From Sedimentisphaerales bacterium (GTDB lineage: Bacteria; Planctomycetota; Phycisphaerae; Sedimentisphaerales; SM23-30), in NCBI GenBank assembly GCA_963666285.1, contig OY762711.1: a stretch of 64,000 nt of DNA. The stretch is one strand, 5' to 3'. Below the pieces are notes generated by a model that was given only the letters and a program-made list of their open reading frames with translations, searched no databases and was not told the DNA's origin. This document shows positions 41,807-53,800 of the stretch, piece by piece. The first letter of the stretch is position 1. Every line of letters begins with the position of its first letter. Made by a program: the position numbers and the translations under genes.

Positions 41807-42341
41807 GCTTGTGTGATTTCTAGTTTGCTGCCTGGAGGTGAATATGTGTTTGTCGGAAAGAGCTATGGCTAATCTAGTCTCTTGCGAGTAAATTACAGGA
41901 GTGTAATCCGAATCAGGGCACTTGTTTTTCCAGGCAGTTTCTGTATATTTTTGTATTATTTCGTTAATTCGGGGCTAAAGAGCCGGTGTTTGTAAGTCGA
42001 TGATTTTATTGGTACTTATATAGCTTATAGCGATATTTGCAAATAAGTTTCAATGTTGGATTTATTATATAAGAATAGTAATTATTTGTCATAACAAAAT
42101 TTGTTTAGAGTGAATAATTATCGTCTTATAATATAGTCTTTACCAGTGGTAATTTTAGCGATAAATTACTAATTTGAGTTAAAATGAGTTGTAGGTGGGT
42201 TAGGTGACCTTAATTTTTGTTGTACTGTCTGGCATGATTTTGACTTTAGATTCGTTTATGTTCAAAATATTGCCGGTATGTGATGTGTTGGGCCCAATAA
42301 CTATTTTGCGGCAGGTTTGATTCGAATTAAAAAGGGGATAA

Positions 42342-44816
42342 ATGAAACTATCTTTCAAAAAAATTTATTTAATCACTTCAGGGGCTATTCTATTTGCCCT
42401 GTTTGTGTCTTTTTTGATAATATTTATATATTTCAATAATATGGATAATTTTGTTCAAAAAGAGCTGAAGAAATATAACAACGGTTTGGTTGCAAGTTCT
42501 GCTCTTGCGTATGAGATGTCTCTATTGTATAAAAATCTTGATGGTATTGAACGCAGGCAGGAAGATAATATTAAAGAGGCAATTGATGCTCTCGACAGGA
42601 TAAGAAATATTCTTTTAGGTCCTGCTATGAGTAACATGGATAATTCCGAGTTTGTAGAACATATGAGTAAGAATGAAAGTACATGCAGAAATACTATTTA
42701 TTCTTACAAGAATATGCTGCTCAATGATTTTGCTGATAGTGTTGCAGAAGATTCTTTCGCTTTAATGAGAAAGTCCTTGATTGATGCTAAAGCGGAAGCA
42801 ATGGCTTACAATATTCAATGTTGGGAGAATTTGAACAGTAGATCCGGGATGCTAATTGATCGTATCAGTTTCATTAAAATTATACTTATCTATTTTGGTG
42901 TGTTTATTTGTTTGTTTTTCTTTCTTGTTATGTGGAGCATGTATAGAATTCTCAGGTTCAGATTAAATTCCATTGTCCAGGTAGCTGAAAAAATCAGGCA
43001 TGGAAACTATTCCTGTCGAATAAATATGCAGGAAGATGATTTACTTGGTACAGTAGCTAAAAGTGTTGATTATATAGCTGACCATTTTGACAATAATGAG
43101 AAGGAAATGCATGAGGCAAAATCAGAGTTGGAGGAGTCATTGATTGCTGCTCGAAAAGCGGATGTGGCAAAAAGTGAGTTTCTGGCCAGTATGTCGCATG
43201 AGATACGCACTCCCATGAATGGAGTGGTTGGTATGACAGACCTTATGCTGACAACGGATTTGGACCAGGAGCAGTTTGAATATATGAGTGCAATTAAGGA
43301 GTCTGGCGAGACTCTTCTTGCTATAATTAATGATATACTTGATTATTCACGAATAGAGGCTGATAAACTTGAGTTGTGTAACGAGCCATTTAATCTATAT
43401 AAGTTAATATTGCATATAAAAACAGTAATGCAATTAGCTGCCGAAGAAAAGGAAATCCAACTTATAGTAGAATATGATAATCGGGATATTAAGGAATTTA
43501 AAGGAGATGTTGTTCGTATTGGTCAGGTATTAAATAATCTGGTCAGTAATGCAATCAAATTTACAGAGAATGGATATGTGAAAATTGCAGTTAGTATCGG
43601 GGAAGAGCAATTTGGCTGTAAATATCCGGTGAGTATTACTGTTTCCGATTCTGGTATTGGTATGGACAAAGAAACAATCGGAATAGTATTCAATAAGTTT
43701 ACGCAAGGAGATTCCTCTATAACCCGTAAACATGGTGGTTCAGGTTTGGGGCTATCTATTACAAAAGAACTTGTAAGTGCTATGGGGGGAGAAATTACAG
43801 TTGATAGCAATTTGGGTAATGGCTCCATCTTTAATGTGTTTATAATGTTGGAAAAAAGTGATGATGAAAATTACTTTAATGAAATTGAAGATCGTGCAGT
43901 ATCTGTTAATTCAACCGGGGTGAAATTACTTGTTGTTGATGATAGCAGGACTAATCGTAATCTTGCTTTGAAAATGCTGAAGAAACTAGGCTTTGATGCA
44001 GATTCTGCAGAAGAGGGTATCAAAGCGGTTAAAATGGCAGCAGAAGAAAGATATGATATAATATTTATGGATATTCAGATGCCTGGGATGGATGGTTTGG
44101 AGGCAGCGAGAAGAATAATGTCATTCAATAAAGAGAATCCGCCAGTTATAATTGCTCTTACGGCAAATGTTTTTGAAGAGAACAGGCAGGCATGTCTTGA
44201 TGCCGGCATGGTAGATATGATATGCAAGCCGGTAACTTTGAAAAAGTTTAGTGAGAAGTTATACAGTATGGTCGAGGTGGTGTTGCCGGATATTGATGAT
44301 ATGGGTTTGGAATCTGCGGGTCAGGATAATACTTTTTTGGGGGGTTCTGAATCAGGAAAGCTGCAAGAAGATGATGTTATGAAATTGTATCTTCCTGGTA
44401 ATGAAGAACTTAATGTTGAGCAGGCTATGAATTCCGTGGAAAGAGATGTCGAAAAAGTTAAAAATAGTTGTATAGATTATGAATCATTAATGGAAAATAT
44501 CGGTGGGGATAATAAGGTTGTTCTGGAATTATTCGAGAATTTCCTGGTAGAATCCCAGGAGTCTCTGGTGAAGATTATCAGGTGTTTTGAGCAGAAAGAT
44601 TCAGCCGGTATTGGAAGTCAGGCTCATGGTTTGAAGGGGATATCTTGGAGTATAAGTGCTGAAAGACTCAGCGAAATGTGTCTGCTGGTAGAAAAGGCCG
44701 GGAAATCAAATGATCTTTCTACTGTTAAAGAGTATCTGCCTAGGTTAAAAGATGAAATGCGAACCGTATTGAATGAAGTAAGGGAATACCTAACCAACAA
44801 TAGCAGCGATGATTAA
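42342..44816 (+). CDS. Hybrid histidine kinase (TM-HAMP-HisKA-HATPase-REC-Hpt)
   Basis: [41 protein letters not shown]. Confidence 0.93.
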   Translation: MKLSFKKIYLITSGAILFALFVSFLIIFIYFNNMDNFVQKELKKYNNGLVASSALAYEMSLLYKNLDGIERRQEDNIKEAIDALDRIRNILLGPAMSNMDNSEFVEHMSKNESTCRNTIYSYKNMLLNDFADSVAEDSFALMRKSLIDAKAEAMAYNIQCWENLNSRSGMLIDRISFIKIILIYFGVFICLFFFLVMWSMYRILRFRLNSIVQVAEKIRHGNYSCRINMQEDDLLGTVAKSVDYIADHFDNNEKEMHEAKSELEESLIAARKADVAKSEFLASMSHEIRTPMNGVVGMTDLMLTTDLDQEQFEYMSAIKESGETLLAIINDILDYSRIEADKLELCNEPFNLYKLILHIKTVMQLAAEEKEIQLIVEYDNRDIKEFKGDVVRIGQVLNNLVSNAIKFTENGYVKIAVSIGEEQFGCKYPVSITVSDSGIGMDKETIGIVFNKFTQGDSSITRKHGGSGLGLSITKELVSAMGGEITVDSNLGNGSIFNVFIMLEKSDDENYFNEIEDRAVSVNSTGVKLLVVDDSRTNRNLALKMLKKLGFDADSAEEGIKAVKMAAEERYDIIFMDIQMPGMDGLEAARRIMSFNKENPPVIIALTANVFEENRQACLDAGMVDMICKPVTLKKFSEKLYSMVEVVLPDIDDMGLESAGQDNTFLGGSESGKLQEDDVMKLYLPGNEELNVEQAMNSVERDVEKVKNSCIDYESLMENIGGDNKVVLELFENFLVESQESLVKIIRCFEQKDSAGIGSQAHGLKGISWSISAERLSEMCLLVEKAGKSNDLSTVKEYLPRLKDEMRTVLNEVREYLTNNSSDD

Positions 44817-44856
44817 GGTTGTGTAAGTTGTGTAATATAAGATGTTTGCGTAAAGC

Positions 44857-45540
44857 TTAGCAGGTAGAATGTCTATCGATGCTATGCCACCATTTGATAG
44901 CAAATTCTTTAAGAGAACCGGAGTCAACCAGGTTGAATTTGGTTTTAATATTGGCCCGGTGTGATTCTACGGTTTTAGTGCTGATATGAAGTTTTCCGGC
45001 TATGCTGCTGGTGCCCATACCTTCTCCAATTAGTTGTAAAATCTGGAGTTCGCGATCGGTGAGGCATTCTTCTGGGATAGAGCTGTTTTTATTTCTATTG
45101 CCAACAATTCCTGAAACCAGGTATTTGGAGATGTTTTTACTGAGGTAGATTTCGTTGTTTTTAACGGAATCGATAGCCTGTTTGATGTCTTCGAGTGGAG
45201 CGGATTTCATGATGTAACCCTTTGCGCCAGCACGAATTGAACGTTCAGCGAAGATTTTTTCATCTAGGAATGTTAGTACGAGAATGTGTGTGTGAGGTGA
45301 TATTGACCTAAGTTCTTTGATGAGGTCAATGCCGGCGAGAGAATCAGTGTGGGAAAGCTCTATAACAGCAAGGTTTACATTGTTGTTTGATGTAGTTTGT
45401 ATAGCATCCCTGACATCTCCGGTTTCCAGGATGATTTCGTGATTGCCGATCTGGTCTAAAAGAGTTATAAGTCCTTGTCTAAAAAGAGGATGACCGTCGA
45501 CGATAATGGTTTTGACTGTATTATTTACTGACGTAGACAT
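44857..45540 (-). CDS. NarL/LuxR response regulator with atypical receiver
   Basis: REC plus LTDRELQIL...KTVESHRANI; LAVIE at the phospho-Asp position. Confidence 0.88.
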   Translation of the reverse strand: MSTSVNNTVKTIIVDGHPLFRQGLITLLDQIGNHEIILETGDVRDAIQTTSNNNVNLAVIELSHTDSLAGIDLIKELRSISPHTHILVLTFLDEKIFAERSIRAGAKGYIMKSAPLEDIKQAIDSVKNNEIYLSKNISKYLVSGIVGNRNKNSSIPEECLTDRELQILQLIGEGMGTSSIAGKLHISTKTVESHRANIKTKFNLVDSGSLKEFAIKWWHSIDRHSTC

Positions 45541-45986
45541 AAGCGTCTCCCTTTGTAATTGGTACTGAACAACCAAATCTAATTTGAAAGAATTTTCACT
45601 TCTATAATCGCACAAAGTTTGAAAAAAGACAAGTGAAAAAAAGGTGTTAAAATAATTTTTTTGTATTATTTTTGTAAAATGTTTTTTAATAAGGATATAT
45701 ATCTTGTTGGTATTGTTCGCATTATAATAATAATTGCAGGTCTGGGTTTCGTATATGGAACAAAATTATAAGGGTTAAAAGGGAAAAATTTCCTATTTGA
45801 ACTTAAGCTCAAAAAAAACATATATATTATTGATGTTAAATTGATGTTTAGTGTCAAGAGTATATGTATTGATTGTAACTTTTTTTTTGGGAGCAATTTA
45901 TAGAGAATATAGCTAGTATTTATGTATAATAATTGTCTAAGAATTTCCCATTATTACAGGTAATTAATAGAAGGAAGAATTGATAT

Positions 45987-46976
45987 TTGATGTATCAAAT
46001 TAAGAAAAGAATATTAAAAATATTAGCCGAAAGTGAAGAACGGGTTTGCGACGAAGATGTGGCCGCAAAATGCGGCGTCAGCGTGGAGCAGGTGCGGAGT
46101 GTATGCGAAGCTGTCGCGGCGGCAAGAAGCGTTCAAATTGAAAACGGCGGCGAACGGAATGGCGGCGCCGGTAAGCGGAAAGCAACGTCGCTTATGCCGA
46201 CGGTTATCGAAGAGTGTGCGGAGGGTGTGTTGTTTCGTGAAGTTGTGCTGTTTCCAGAGACAGAAAGTACTAATGATGTGGCCTGGATGCATGCGGGCCG
46301 ACCAGATAGCACAGGTCTGGTAGTGCTTGCCGAGAGTCAGCGTAAAGGTCGTGGAAGATTTTCTGATCGAGTGTGGCAAGATGTGCCAGGTTGTTCGATT
46401 TTGATGTCTATGCTGCTTGATGGAGAGCAGGTAGATGGAGATATGCTGAGTGTTGTACTTGGTCTGGCGGCAGCGAAGTCGCTGGAGAAGGTTTGTGGTT
46501 TATCGGTTGGAATAAAGTGGCCAAATGATATCGTAGTGAGCGGAAAGAAGCTGTGCGGGATAATGGTGGAGTCCCGGTTTGTGGATGGCCGTCAGTGGTA
46601 TGTGCCGGGTATTGGAATTAATTGTAACCAGGGAGTAGATGATTTTTGTGACGAGCTGAAGGTTTCGGCGAGTTCGGTGTATATTGAGACAGGTAAACTT
46701 GTTGATCGAAATGTGTTGGCGGTATGGGTGTTGTGTGAGATAGATGAGCTGCTATCGGGAAGGGTAGCTCTAGATGAGGTTGTGCGGCAATGGCGTGAGA
46801 GAAATTGTGATGTTGGTCGTTTTGTGTGTTTGGAGTGTGATGGTGAGAGGTTTAGCGGTGAAGTTGTAGATGTTGAACCGCTGGTGGGGATAACATTGAA
46901 GCTGGGAGATGGCAGCGAGAGGGTGTTTGACAGTCGGACGACGACAATTGTGCCGCAGGACGGCAAGCTTTGCTAA
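45987..46976 (+). CDS. birA: Biotin--acetyl-CoA-carboxylase ligase
   Basis: STND, QRKGRGR, KWPNDI, KKLCGI, GIGIN. Confidence 0.92.
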   Translation: MMYQIKKRILKILAESEERVCDEDVAAKCGVSVEQVRSVCEAVAAARSVQIENGGERNGGAGKRKATSLMPTVIEECAEGVLFREVVLFPETESTNDVAWMHAGRPDSTGLVVLAESQRKGRGRFSDRVWQDVPGCSILMSMLLDGEQVDGDMLSVVLGLAAAKSLEKVCGLSVGIKWPNDIVVSGKKLCGIMVESRFVDGRQWYVPGIGINCNQGVDDFCDELKVSASSVYIETGKLVDRNVLAVWVLCEIDELLSGRVALDEVVRQWRERNCDVGRFVCLECDGERFSGEVVDVEPLVGITLKLGDGSERVFDSRTTTIVPQDGKLC

Positions 46977-47159
46977 GTGAAAAATGAATAATTAAAAGTG
47001 AAAAATTGAGGTGCTCGCTGGCGCGAGATTATTTTGAATCGCCTGCGGCGAGCCGGGGGAAAAAAGTAAAAGGTAAATTTAAAGTGTAAAGGGGTGCTAC
47101 GAATATAGGTAAGAAGTAAGAGGTAGGTGTTCTACGACGCAACGAAGACACGACATATT

Positions 47160-47623
47160 TAAAAACTTGCTAACTGGGGCATAGGTCTGCTGGAAAATCT
47201 CAAAGAAATGTTTAAGACTCTGCATAATGCAGATAAATATACAATAAAAGGCTATTCCGGTAAGATGGAGAGAATAAAAAACAGGTTTCTGAACAAAGTT
47301 AGCCGACCACCGGACCATAAACTTGCTAAAAAGCTTAGTCGGCGATTTTGGGATGATGCCTGGAAAACATACTTTTGCTTTTTGACCAAACCTGAAATCG
47401 AACCTACCAATAATGGTACAGAGCGAGAAATTCGCCATACCGTCATTGACCGCAGGATAACGCAAGGTACCCGCGGCACCATCGGCATGCACTGGTGCGA
47501 ACGCATCTGGACTACCATTGCCACCTGCAAAAAGCAAAATCGGAATGTGTTTGAATTTATTCATCAATCTATTCTGGCACATCAAAATAACTACAACCAA
47601 CCTAAACTTACGTGAACGGTTAC
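47160..47623 (+). mobile_element. IS66-family remnant (3' part of transposase plus right end)
   Basis: EPTNNGTEREIR..VIDRRITQGT, TCKKQNRN; terminal gtgaacggttac 47612-47623; left boundary approximate. Confidence 0.8.
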
Positions 47624-47838
47624 TGTTTTCGATATTTCATCACGTAACAGGCAAATAAGTATTCGAATCTAAATATTGGTTGTCCTTTTATTCAAACCAG
47701 CCTGCGTGACAAAAAAGTGTCTCAACGGTGCCCCTTTGTTGTACGTTTTGGCTTCAGTTGGTCTTCGCTTGGTGTAATAAGTTTTTATTTGTCAGTCATT
47801 AAGTGTTTATTTGGAGCTACTTAGAAATTTCGAATCAA

Positions 47839-47919
47839 ACTCTTATCCGTGGTTTTTAGGATCGAGTCCTAAATTGCGTATTTAATAAAGCCTTGTAATT
47901 CAATGAGTTACAAGGCTTT
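47839..47919 (+). other. Decayed tRNA-Lys(CTT)-like 3' half plus hairpin (att scar)
   Basis: actctta-tccgtgg...ttagg-atcgagt-cctaa T-arm-like; hairpin aaagccttgtaa...ttacaaggcttt 47887-47919. Confidence 0.4.
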
Positions 47920-48044
47920 CTCTATTTTAAATATTCCCTGAATAATGGCTGAGTACACAAGTGAACGCAGTTTTGACTTGGAATAGAGGAAAATAGAGTG
48001 GGAAATGAGGTTGTCCACCTAAAGACAAGGAAAAGTCAAAAGCT

Positions 48045-48087
48045 GACTGTCGATCTAAGGTTGAGGGTTCGAGTCCTTCGGGTTCAA
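48045..48087 (+). other. Decayed tRNA 3' half (His/Asp-like; att scar)
   Basis: ga-ctgtcga-tc anticodon-like loop; T arm gaggg-ttcgagt-ccttc; no 5' half. Confidence 0.45.
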
Positions 48088-48411
48088 TATGCGCAGAGGA
48101 TTATTATCATTTATTGTCTTTTCAAGAATTTATTTATAGAGTGACACAAGATAATGATTAGGAGTTTTTTTAATATCATGATATTTATTGTGAATATAAA
48201 GTTATTTTTATGTTATCTTTCATAAGTGGTTATTGGTAATGTTGTTACGTAGCAGTTATCAATTATTGCTTGTTGTTGATATGATTTGGTGTTTTTGATA
48301 TAATTAAACAGATAATTGTATGTTGATTGCAGTATGTGTATCTGGGGGTATTGATCGGAATAATGTTTTCTTTTTTGGATAAGCGGTAGGATTTGAAGAA
48401 AGCTGATTACT

Positions 48412-50091
48412 GTGGAAAAATGTTTCTCCAATAAAATATTAAAACTTTATTTAGAAGGTACTTGTTCTGAGTTTGAATGTGATAAAATTGCTAAACATAT
48501 TTTAACTTGTGATAAGTGCAGAACTAAATTAAGTGAACTTGAGCAGTGTACACCTGATGGGCTGGATGGAGTATTGGTTTCAAGTGATGATGTTGATGAT
48601 GGTAGAATTCCTGTTTCTACATGTTGCGGCACCATGCCAGATGTAACCAAGACGTTGGAAACCATGTCAGATGGATATGAGTTTTTGGGAGAGATGCCGC
48701 GAGGTGGGCAGGCGGTGGTTTATAAGGCAGTACAAAAATCAACAAAGCGTGTGGTTGCTGTTAAAGTATTACTTCAAGGCACTGAAGCTCCTAAGATAGC
48801 AAGGTATAGATTTGAAAAAGAAATAGAACTTGCTGCCAGTTTAAAGCATTCGAATATTGTAACTATTTTTGATAGCGGCATTGCACAGGGACTATATTTT
48901 TATGCAATGGAGTTTATAGATGGTGTTCAACTTGATGATTATGTGCAAAGAAATGGTTTTTCTGTTCGGGAAATTATGGAATTGTTTTTACAGGTTGTTG
49001 CCGGAGTTTCATATGCCCATCAGAAAGGTGTTATTCACCGTGATTTGAAACCAGGTAATATCTTAGTAGATACCAGTGGAAAAGCTCACATTCTTGATTT
49101 TGGCTTAGCAAAGGTGGTAGATAATGATTCAACTACGTTTGAAGGTTCTATCATGACATCTATAACTGGACAAGTATTAGGTACATTAGCGTACATGGCG
49201 CCAGAGCAAGCGATTGGAAAGGTTGATGATATTGATGTGAGAACAGATATTTATGCACTTGGTGTAATCCTTTATAAATTGATCACAGGTAAATATCCTT
49301 ATGATATTTCCGGCTCGGTATTAGATATTGTTAGGAATATTCAGGAAAATGAACCCGAAAGGCCAACAAAAAATGTAAAACTTCATAGTGATGTTGAAAT
49401 AATAATCTTAAAGTCTTTACAGAAGTTGCCACAATATCGATATCAGAGTGCATATGATTTATATAAGGATATTGAAAGCTGGTTGAATGGATATCCAATT
49501 GCTGCAAAAGCAGATAATTTACTCTATATAATCATAAAGCTGATCGCCAGATATCGTTATAGAGTTTCAATAGTGGGTTTAGTTACAGTTATCGTGATTG
49601 CTTTTGGTGCAATTTCAATTCAGCAATACTTAGAACAGCGTTTTGCCTGGGTAGCATACGATCAATTGTCCCAGGAAGCCCAAATTCAAGAGCAATTTAA
49701 TGAATCATTAATAAAGAAAAGCATGTTAAATATGTTTTTAATCGCATGGGATAAAGGGGATATGCAGCATGCCGCTGAAGTGCAGTTGTCTTGTATGCCT
49801 ATATTTAATGGAGATAAATATATAAAAAAGCTGGTATTGTCGCTAATGGAGTATCAGCAATTGGAAGAAAGAAGTGTAAGAGATTTTTATGGTCAAGAGT
49901 ATTGTTGGATAGCAAGTTTTATATTTGCTGAGAAGGAGCAAAAGGAAGGGGATTCCGAATTAGCGATTGATTTATATGAGAAAAGTCTGGAAGAATATTC
50001 CAATTCAGAAGAGTTAGGTAAACATGGATATGAATGGTTAGTGGAAATAATAAGAAATCAAAAACATAGCCTAGAGGTGGAATGTCAATGA
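48412..50091 (+). CDS. Membrane Ser/Thr kinase with N-terminal zf-HC2 (anti-sigma-like) motif
   Basis: HILTCDKC; RGGQAVVY, VAVK, HRDLKPGN, DFGLAK, GTLAYMAPEQ; TM; TPR-like tail. Confidence 0.9.
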   Translation: MEKCFSNKILKLYLEGTCSEFECDKIAKHILTCDKCRTKLSELEQCTPDGLDGVLVSSDDVDDGRIPVSTCCGTMPDVTKTLETMSDGYEFLGEMPRGGQAVVYKAVQKSTKRVVAVKVLLQGTEAPKIARYRFEKEIELAASLKHSNIVTIFDSGIAQGLYFYAMEFIDGVQLDDYVQRNGFSVREIMELFLQVVAGVSYAHQKGVIHRDLKPGNILVDTSGKAHILDFGLAKVVDNDSTTFEGSIMTSITGQVLGTLAYMAPEQAIGKVDDIDVRTDIYALGVILYKLITGKYPYDISGSVLDIVRNIQENEPERPTKNVKLHSDVEIIILKSLQKLPQYRYQSAYDLYKDIESWLNGYPIAAKADNLLYIIIKLIARYRYRVSIVGLVTVIVIAFGAISIQQYLEQRFAWVAYDQLSQEAQIQEQFNESLIKKSMLNMFLIAWDKGDMQHAAEVQLSCMPIFNGDKYIKKLVLSLMEYQQLEERSVRDFYGQEYCWIASFIFAEKEQKEGDSELAIDLYEKSLEEYSNSEELGKHGYEWLVEIIRNQKHSLEVECQ

Positions 50092-50801
50092 TGTTTTATA
50101 GGGATGGAATAAAAAAACATATTCATGGCTTTACTTTAATTGAGTTACTGGTGGTAGTTTCGGTCATTGGTCTGCTGGTGGCTATTATGATGCCTGCCTT
50201 AAGTAAGGCGAAAATCGCAGGCCGAAAAACCGTATGCTTAGTTAATCTAAAGCATATTGCGGCCGGCTGGATAATGTATCTGGATGATAATAATGAACAA
50301 TTCTTGCAGGGAGTAAATGTGCAGCGTACCTATGGCGGCTGTCGGGGAACTGAGTATCCGGATGCAGAGAGACCATTGAATAAATATCTGAATTATCAAC
50401 GGTTAGCTAAGGAAGCTGAGGTATTTCATTGTCCAGAGGATAATGGTAGAAATGCCAGAAACGGTAGGAATTATTATAAGGAGATAGGTTCGAGTTATTT
50501 AACTAATCAATGTCTGATCGGTAATACTTCGGTTTCTTTACCGGAGGCGGACATTAGAGCTAAGGTTAACAACGTTCTGCCAGGTTTGACTTTAGGGAAA
50601 GTTGTTAGGCCAGCAGAAGTGCTATTGCTGGGCGATACTGACTGGTGGACTCAGCTTATGTCAACTGGGCCTCAGGGACGATATTGGCATGGGAAAGAAG
50701 ATTGTTATAATATGGCCTATTTGGATGGCCGTGCGATGGATGTTAAGATAGAAAAGGGTAATTATATTACTTGTAATTATAGAGTTTTGCCTTTTAAATA
50801 A
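50082..50801 (+). CDS. Prepilin-type H-X9-DG protein (DUF1559-like)
   Basis: HGFTLIELLVVVSVI; WHGKEDCYNMAYLDGR; overlaps the kinase stop. Confidence 0.88.
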   Translation: MSMMFYRDGIKKHIHGFTLIELLVVVSVIGLLVAIMMPALSKAKIAGRKTVCLVNLKHIAAGWIMYLDDNNEQFLQGVNVQRTYGGCRGTEYPDAERPLNKYLNYQRLAKEAEVFHCPEDNGRNARNGRNYYKEIGSSYLTNQCLIGNTSVSLPEADIRAKVNNVLPGLTLGKVVRPAEVLLLGDTDWWTQLMSTGPQGRYWHGKEDCYNMAYLDGRAMDVKIEKGNYITCNYRVLPFK

Positions 50802-50818
50802 TAAAAAATACGGGAATA

Positions 50819-53800
50819 ATGATTATGACAAGTGGCTACCAAAAAAGAATAGTTATCAAATTAGTTATGTTGGTATTGTTGTTTACTTCCATAAATTCCA
50901 TGGCAGGATGGGTTGAAATTACGAAAGACTTATACGCATATGACATTAATTCATCTGGTAAATGGGAAAATGATTCATATGCAAAAGGAGATAATGATCA
51001 ATTTGCGAAAAATGATGCAGATACTGAATGGTTGAAAGTAGCATCTTTTGAAAATCTTGACATTAGCTCAACAACAATAATCAAAAGAGTAGCTATCAAT
51101 GTTAGTTGTAGATATGACAATGGAACTTCTGGCTATATTGTTGGAAAGCTGAGAGTCCCATTAGCAGGTTATGAAGGACCAGAATTATTGTCAAATAATT
51201 TTACAACTTCAAATTATGAATTTGCATTAAGAATGGGTGGAAATGCAGATGTTACTAATGCTGTTGCCTGGAATGAAGCAAGGTTAAGGGATATTCGCTA
51301 CTGGGTACGTAGAAAAGGGCTAAACAATAATAATACTCCATTAAGAATTAAATGTATACGTTTAAGAGTTGTTTGTGATATGCCTGATTGGGATAATGAT
51401 GGGATACCAGATGAAGATGACCCTGATGATGATAATGATGGTTTGCTTGATCAAAATGATGATTGTCCCAAAGAATATCATCCTGGAGATAATGATGGAG
51501 ACCATATCTGTGATTATCATGATACCGATGATGATAATGATGGAATACCTGACATTTCAGATAATTGTCCCTGGCATAAAAATTCTCGACAAAATGATTG
51601 GGATGGTGATGGACAGGGGGATGCCTGTGATGACGATGATGACAATGATGGAATAAAAGATAGTAAAGATATATATCCTTATGATTACGATAATGATGGC
51701 GTAAAAGATGATGTGGATAATTGTCCTTATAATAGTAATACAGAGCAAAAAGACTATGATGAAGATGGCCAGGGAAATGCTTGCGATGCAGATGATGACA
51801 ACGATGGTATTCCTGATGAAGATGATCCATATTTAAGAGATGAAGATAATGATGGATATAGTAAAAGCGAAGATAATTGTCGATGGATATATAATCCTGA
51901 CCAGAGTGATTTAGATAGAGATGGTCAGGGCGATGCTTGTGATGATGATATTGATGGCGATGGCATTCCAAATGGGAGTGATCCATTACCTTATGATTTT
52001 GATAATGATGGTGTTCCAGCTTCTTCAGATAATTGTCCGACTGTTTACAATCCAGATCAGTGGGATTTTGATGGTGATGGAAAGGGTTTTGCCTGTGATG
52101 ATGATATTGATGACTATTTTTATGCAGAGGCGATTTCTGCAGCTGGCGCATGGCAAAATAAAGATGCTGTTGTTGGTAAGCCCAAAACAGAAGTCTGTAA
52201 TGTTTCGCCGCCAACTTATGCTTATAATGAAGATGGTTCAGATGAGACGTATCTAATTGCAACAAGGTTTGAAGAGATTCCAGACCTTCCGGTCGGCTTG
52301 GCGATCAAAGCAATCAAAGTGAATGTTTTGTGTCGGTATGATAGCGGTACTGTTGGGCATGTAAAAGTTAGTGTACAAGTGCCGGGTGATAGGGTGTTGG
52401 TGTTTGACTCTCCTGCATTTACAAGTTCAGATGATTGTGACTGGGTAATGTCGCAAGTTAATATTACAGATTATGTTGCTTTTGATTTTGTGAGACTTAA
52501 CAGTTTGCAAATAGGTGTCAGGCGAAATGCAAATACAAACAATAGTACGCTTAGGGTTAAAGGAGTGCGTATTAAAGTTATCATTGAGCCAGACGCAGAC
52601 TTTGATGGAGTTGGTGATTCAGTTGATAATTGCATGTATACAGCCAATGTAGAGCAGTATGATTTAGACAATGATTCTGTGGGTGATGCATGTGATGATG
52701 ACATTGATGGCGATGGAATAGCAAATAATAGTGACACATTCCCATTTGACTTTGATAATGACGGTTTTAATGATTGGGTTGATAATTGTCCTAAAGAGTT
52801 TAATCCAGAGCAGATAGATCGGGATGGTGATGGTAAAGGCGATTTATGTGATAATACACCATTCGATATGAAGCCATTATATGCTACTTTAATCCATGCA
52901 AACCCAGGATGGGAATATGGAAATGAGGCGACAGGTGAGCCTGCAACAATGAAATGTGATAGCGAAAACGATACCCCTCATTATGCGATAAATTCAAATG
53001 ATGGTGATAATTATGACAATGCATTGACAGCAATAGATTTTGACGAGTTAGTTCTTCCTGAAGGTTCAGCGATAGATAATGTCTATGTGGATATTCTTTG
53101 TCGATATGATAAATATACAACAACGTCAGGACAGATAGAAGTAGAGTGTATTATTGAAGACTCAACTTGTGGGGAAAGTGATAAGAAGGTGACTGTAAGT
53201 ATTGGTAATCCTAATTCCGAAGGCGATTGTGAATGGTTCACAAGCAGAATAGAAATTAGCAGGCTAATCAATGGGGAGTCAGGCAGGGTAAATAAACTCA
53301 GGGTCAAGGTCAGGAAGCTAGAGGCTAATAATACACTGAGAGTAAAGGCTTTCAGAGTTGATGTGCAGGTGACGGAAGGGCTTGTATATAATGAAACAAA
53401 AGGTGCCTGGTATGCGAAAATACAGCAGGCAATCAACCATGCAGAGAATTATTCTGTGATAAAAGTTAAGAAAGGCACATATTATCAGTCGATTGATTTT
53501 AGTCCTTGCGAGGAAGGTGTGGGTAAGTCTTTGCATCTAGAAGCAATTGAAGAAGGTTGTATAATAGATGCCAGTGGTGAAGATAAGCCTGTGATATCGC
53601 TGAAAGATAATGGTTGTGCAGGCTCTGTGATCAAGGGTTTTGAACTTGTGAACGGGAATGCTGTGAGTGATGGCGGCGGCATATATTGTGCAGCAGGTGA
53701 TGTGTTGATTCAAGATTGTATTTTTGCAAGTTGTAAAGCAGGTCGAAATGGAGGAGCAATATATATACAAGGAAATGGTGTTATTGTTAAAAATTGTATT

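Noticed and set aside
47097..47600. 167-aa and 92-aa minus-strand ORFs
   Set aside because: Antisense shadows of the IS66 remnant
48045..48087. Functional tRNA-Asp(GTC)
   Set aside because: No D arm or acceptor 5' strand; only a 3' fragment
51348..52265. 305-aa His-rich minus-strand ORF
   Set aside because: Antisense artefact of GAT-rich TSP3 repeats
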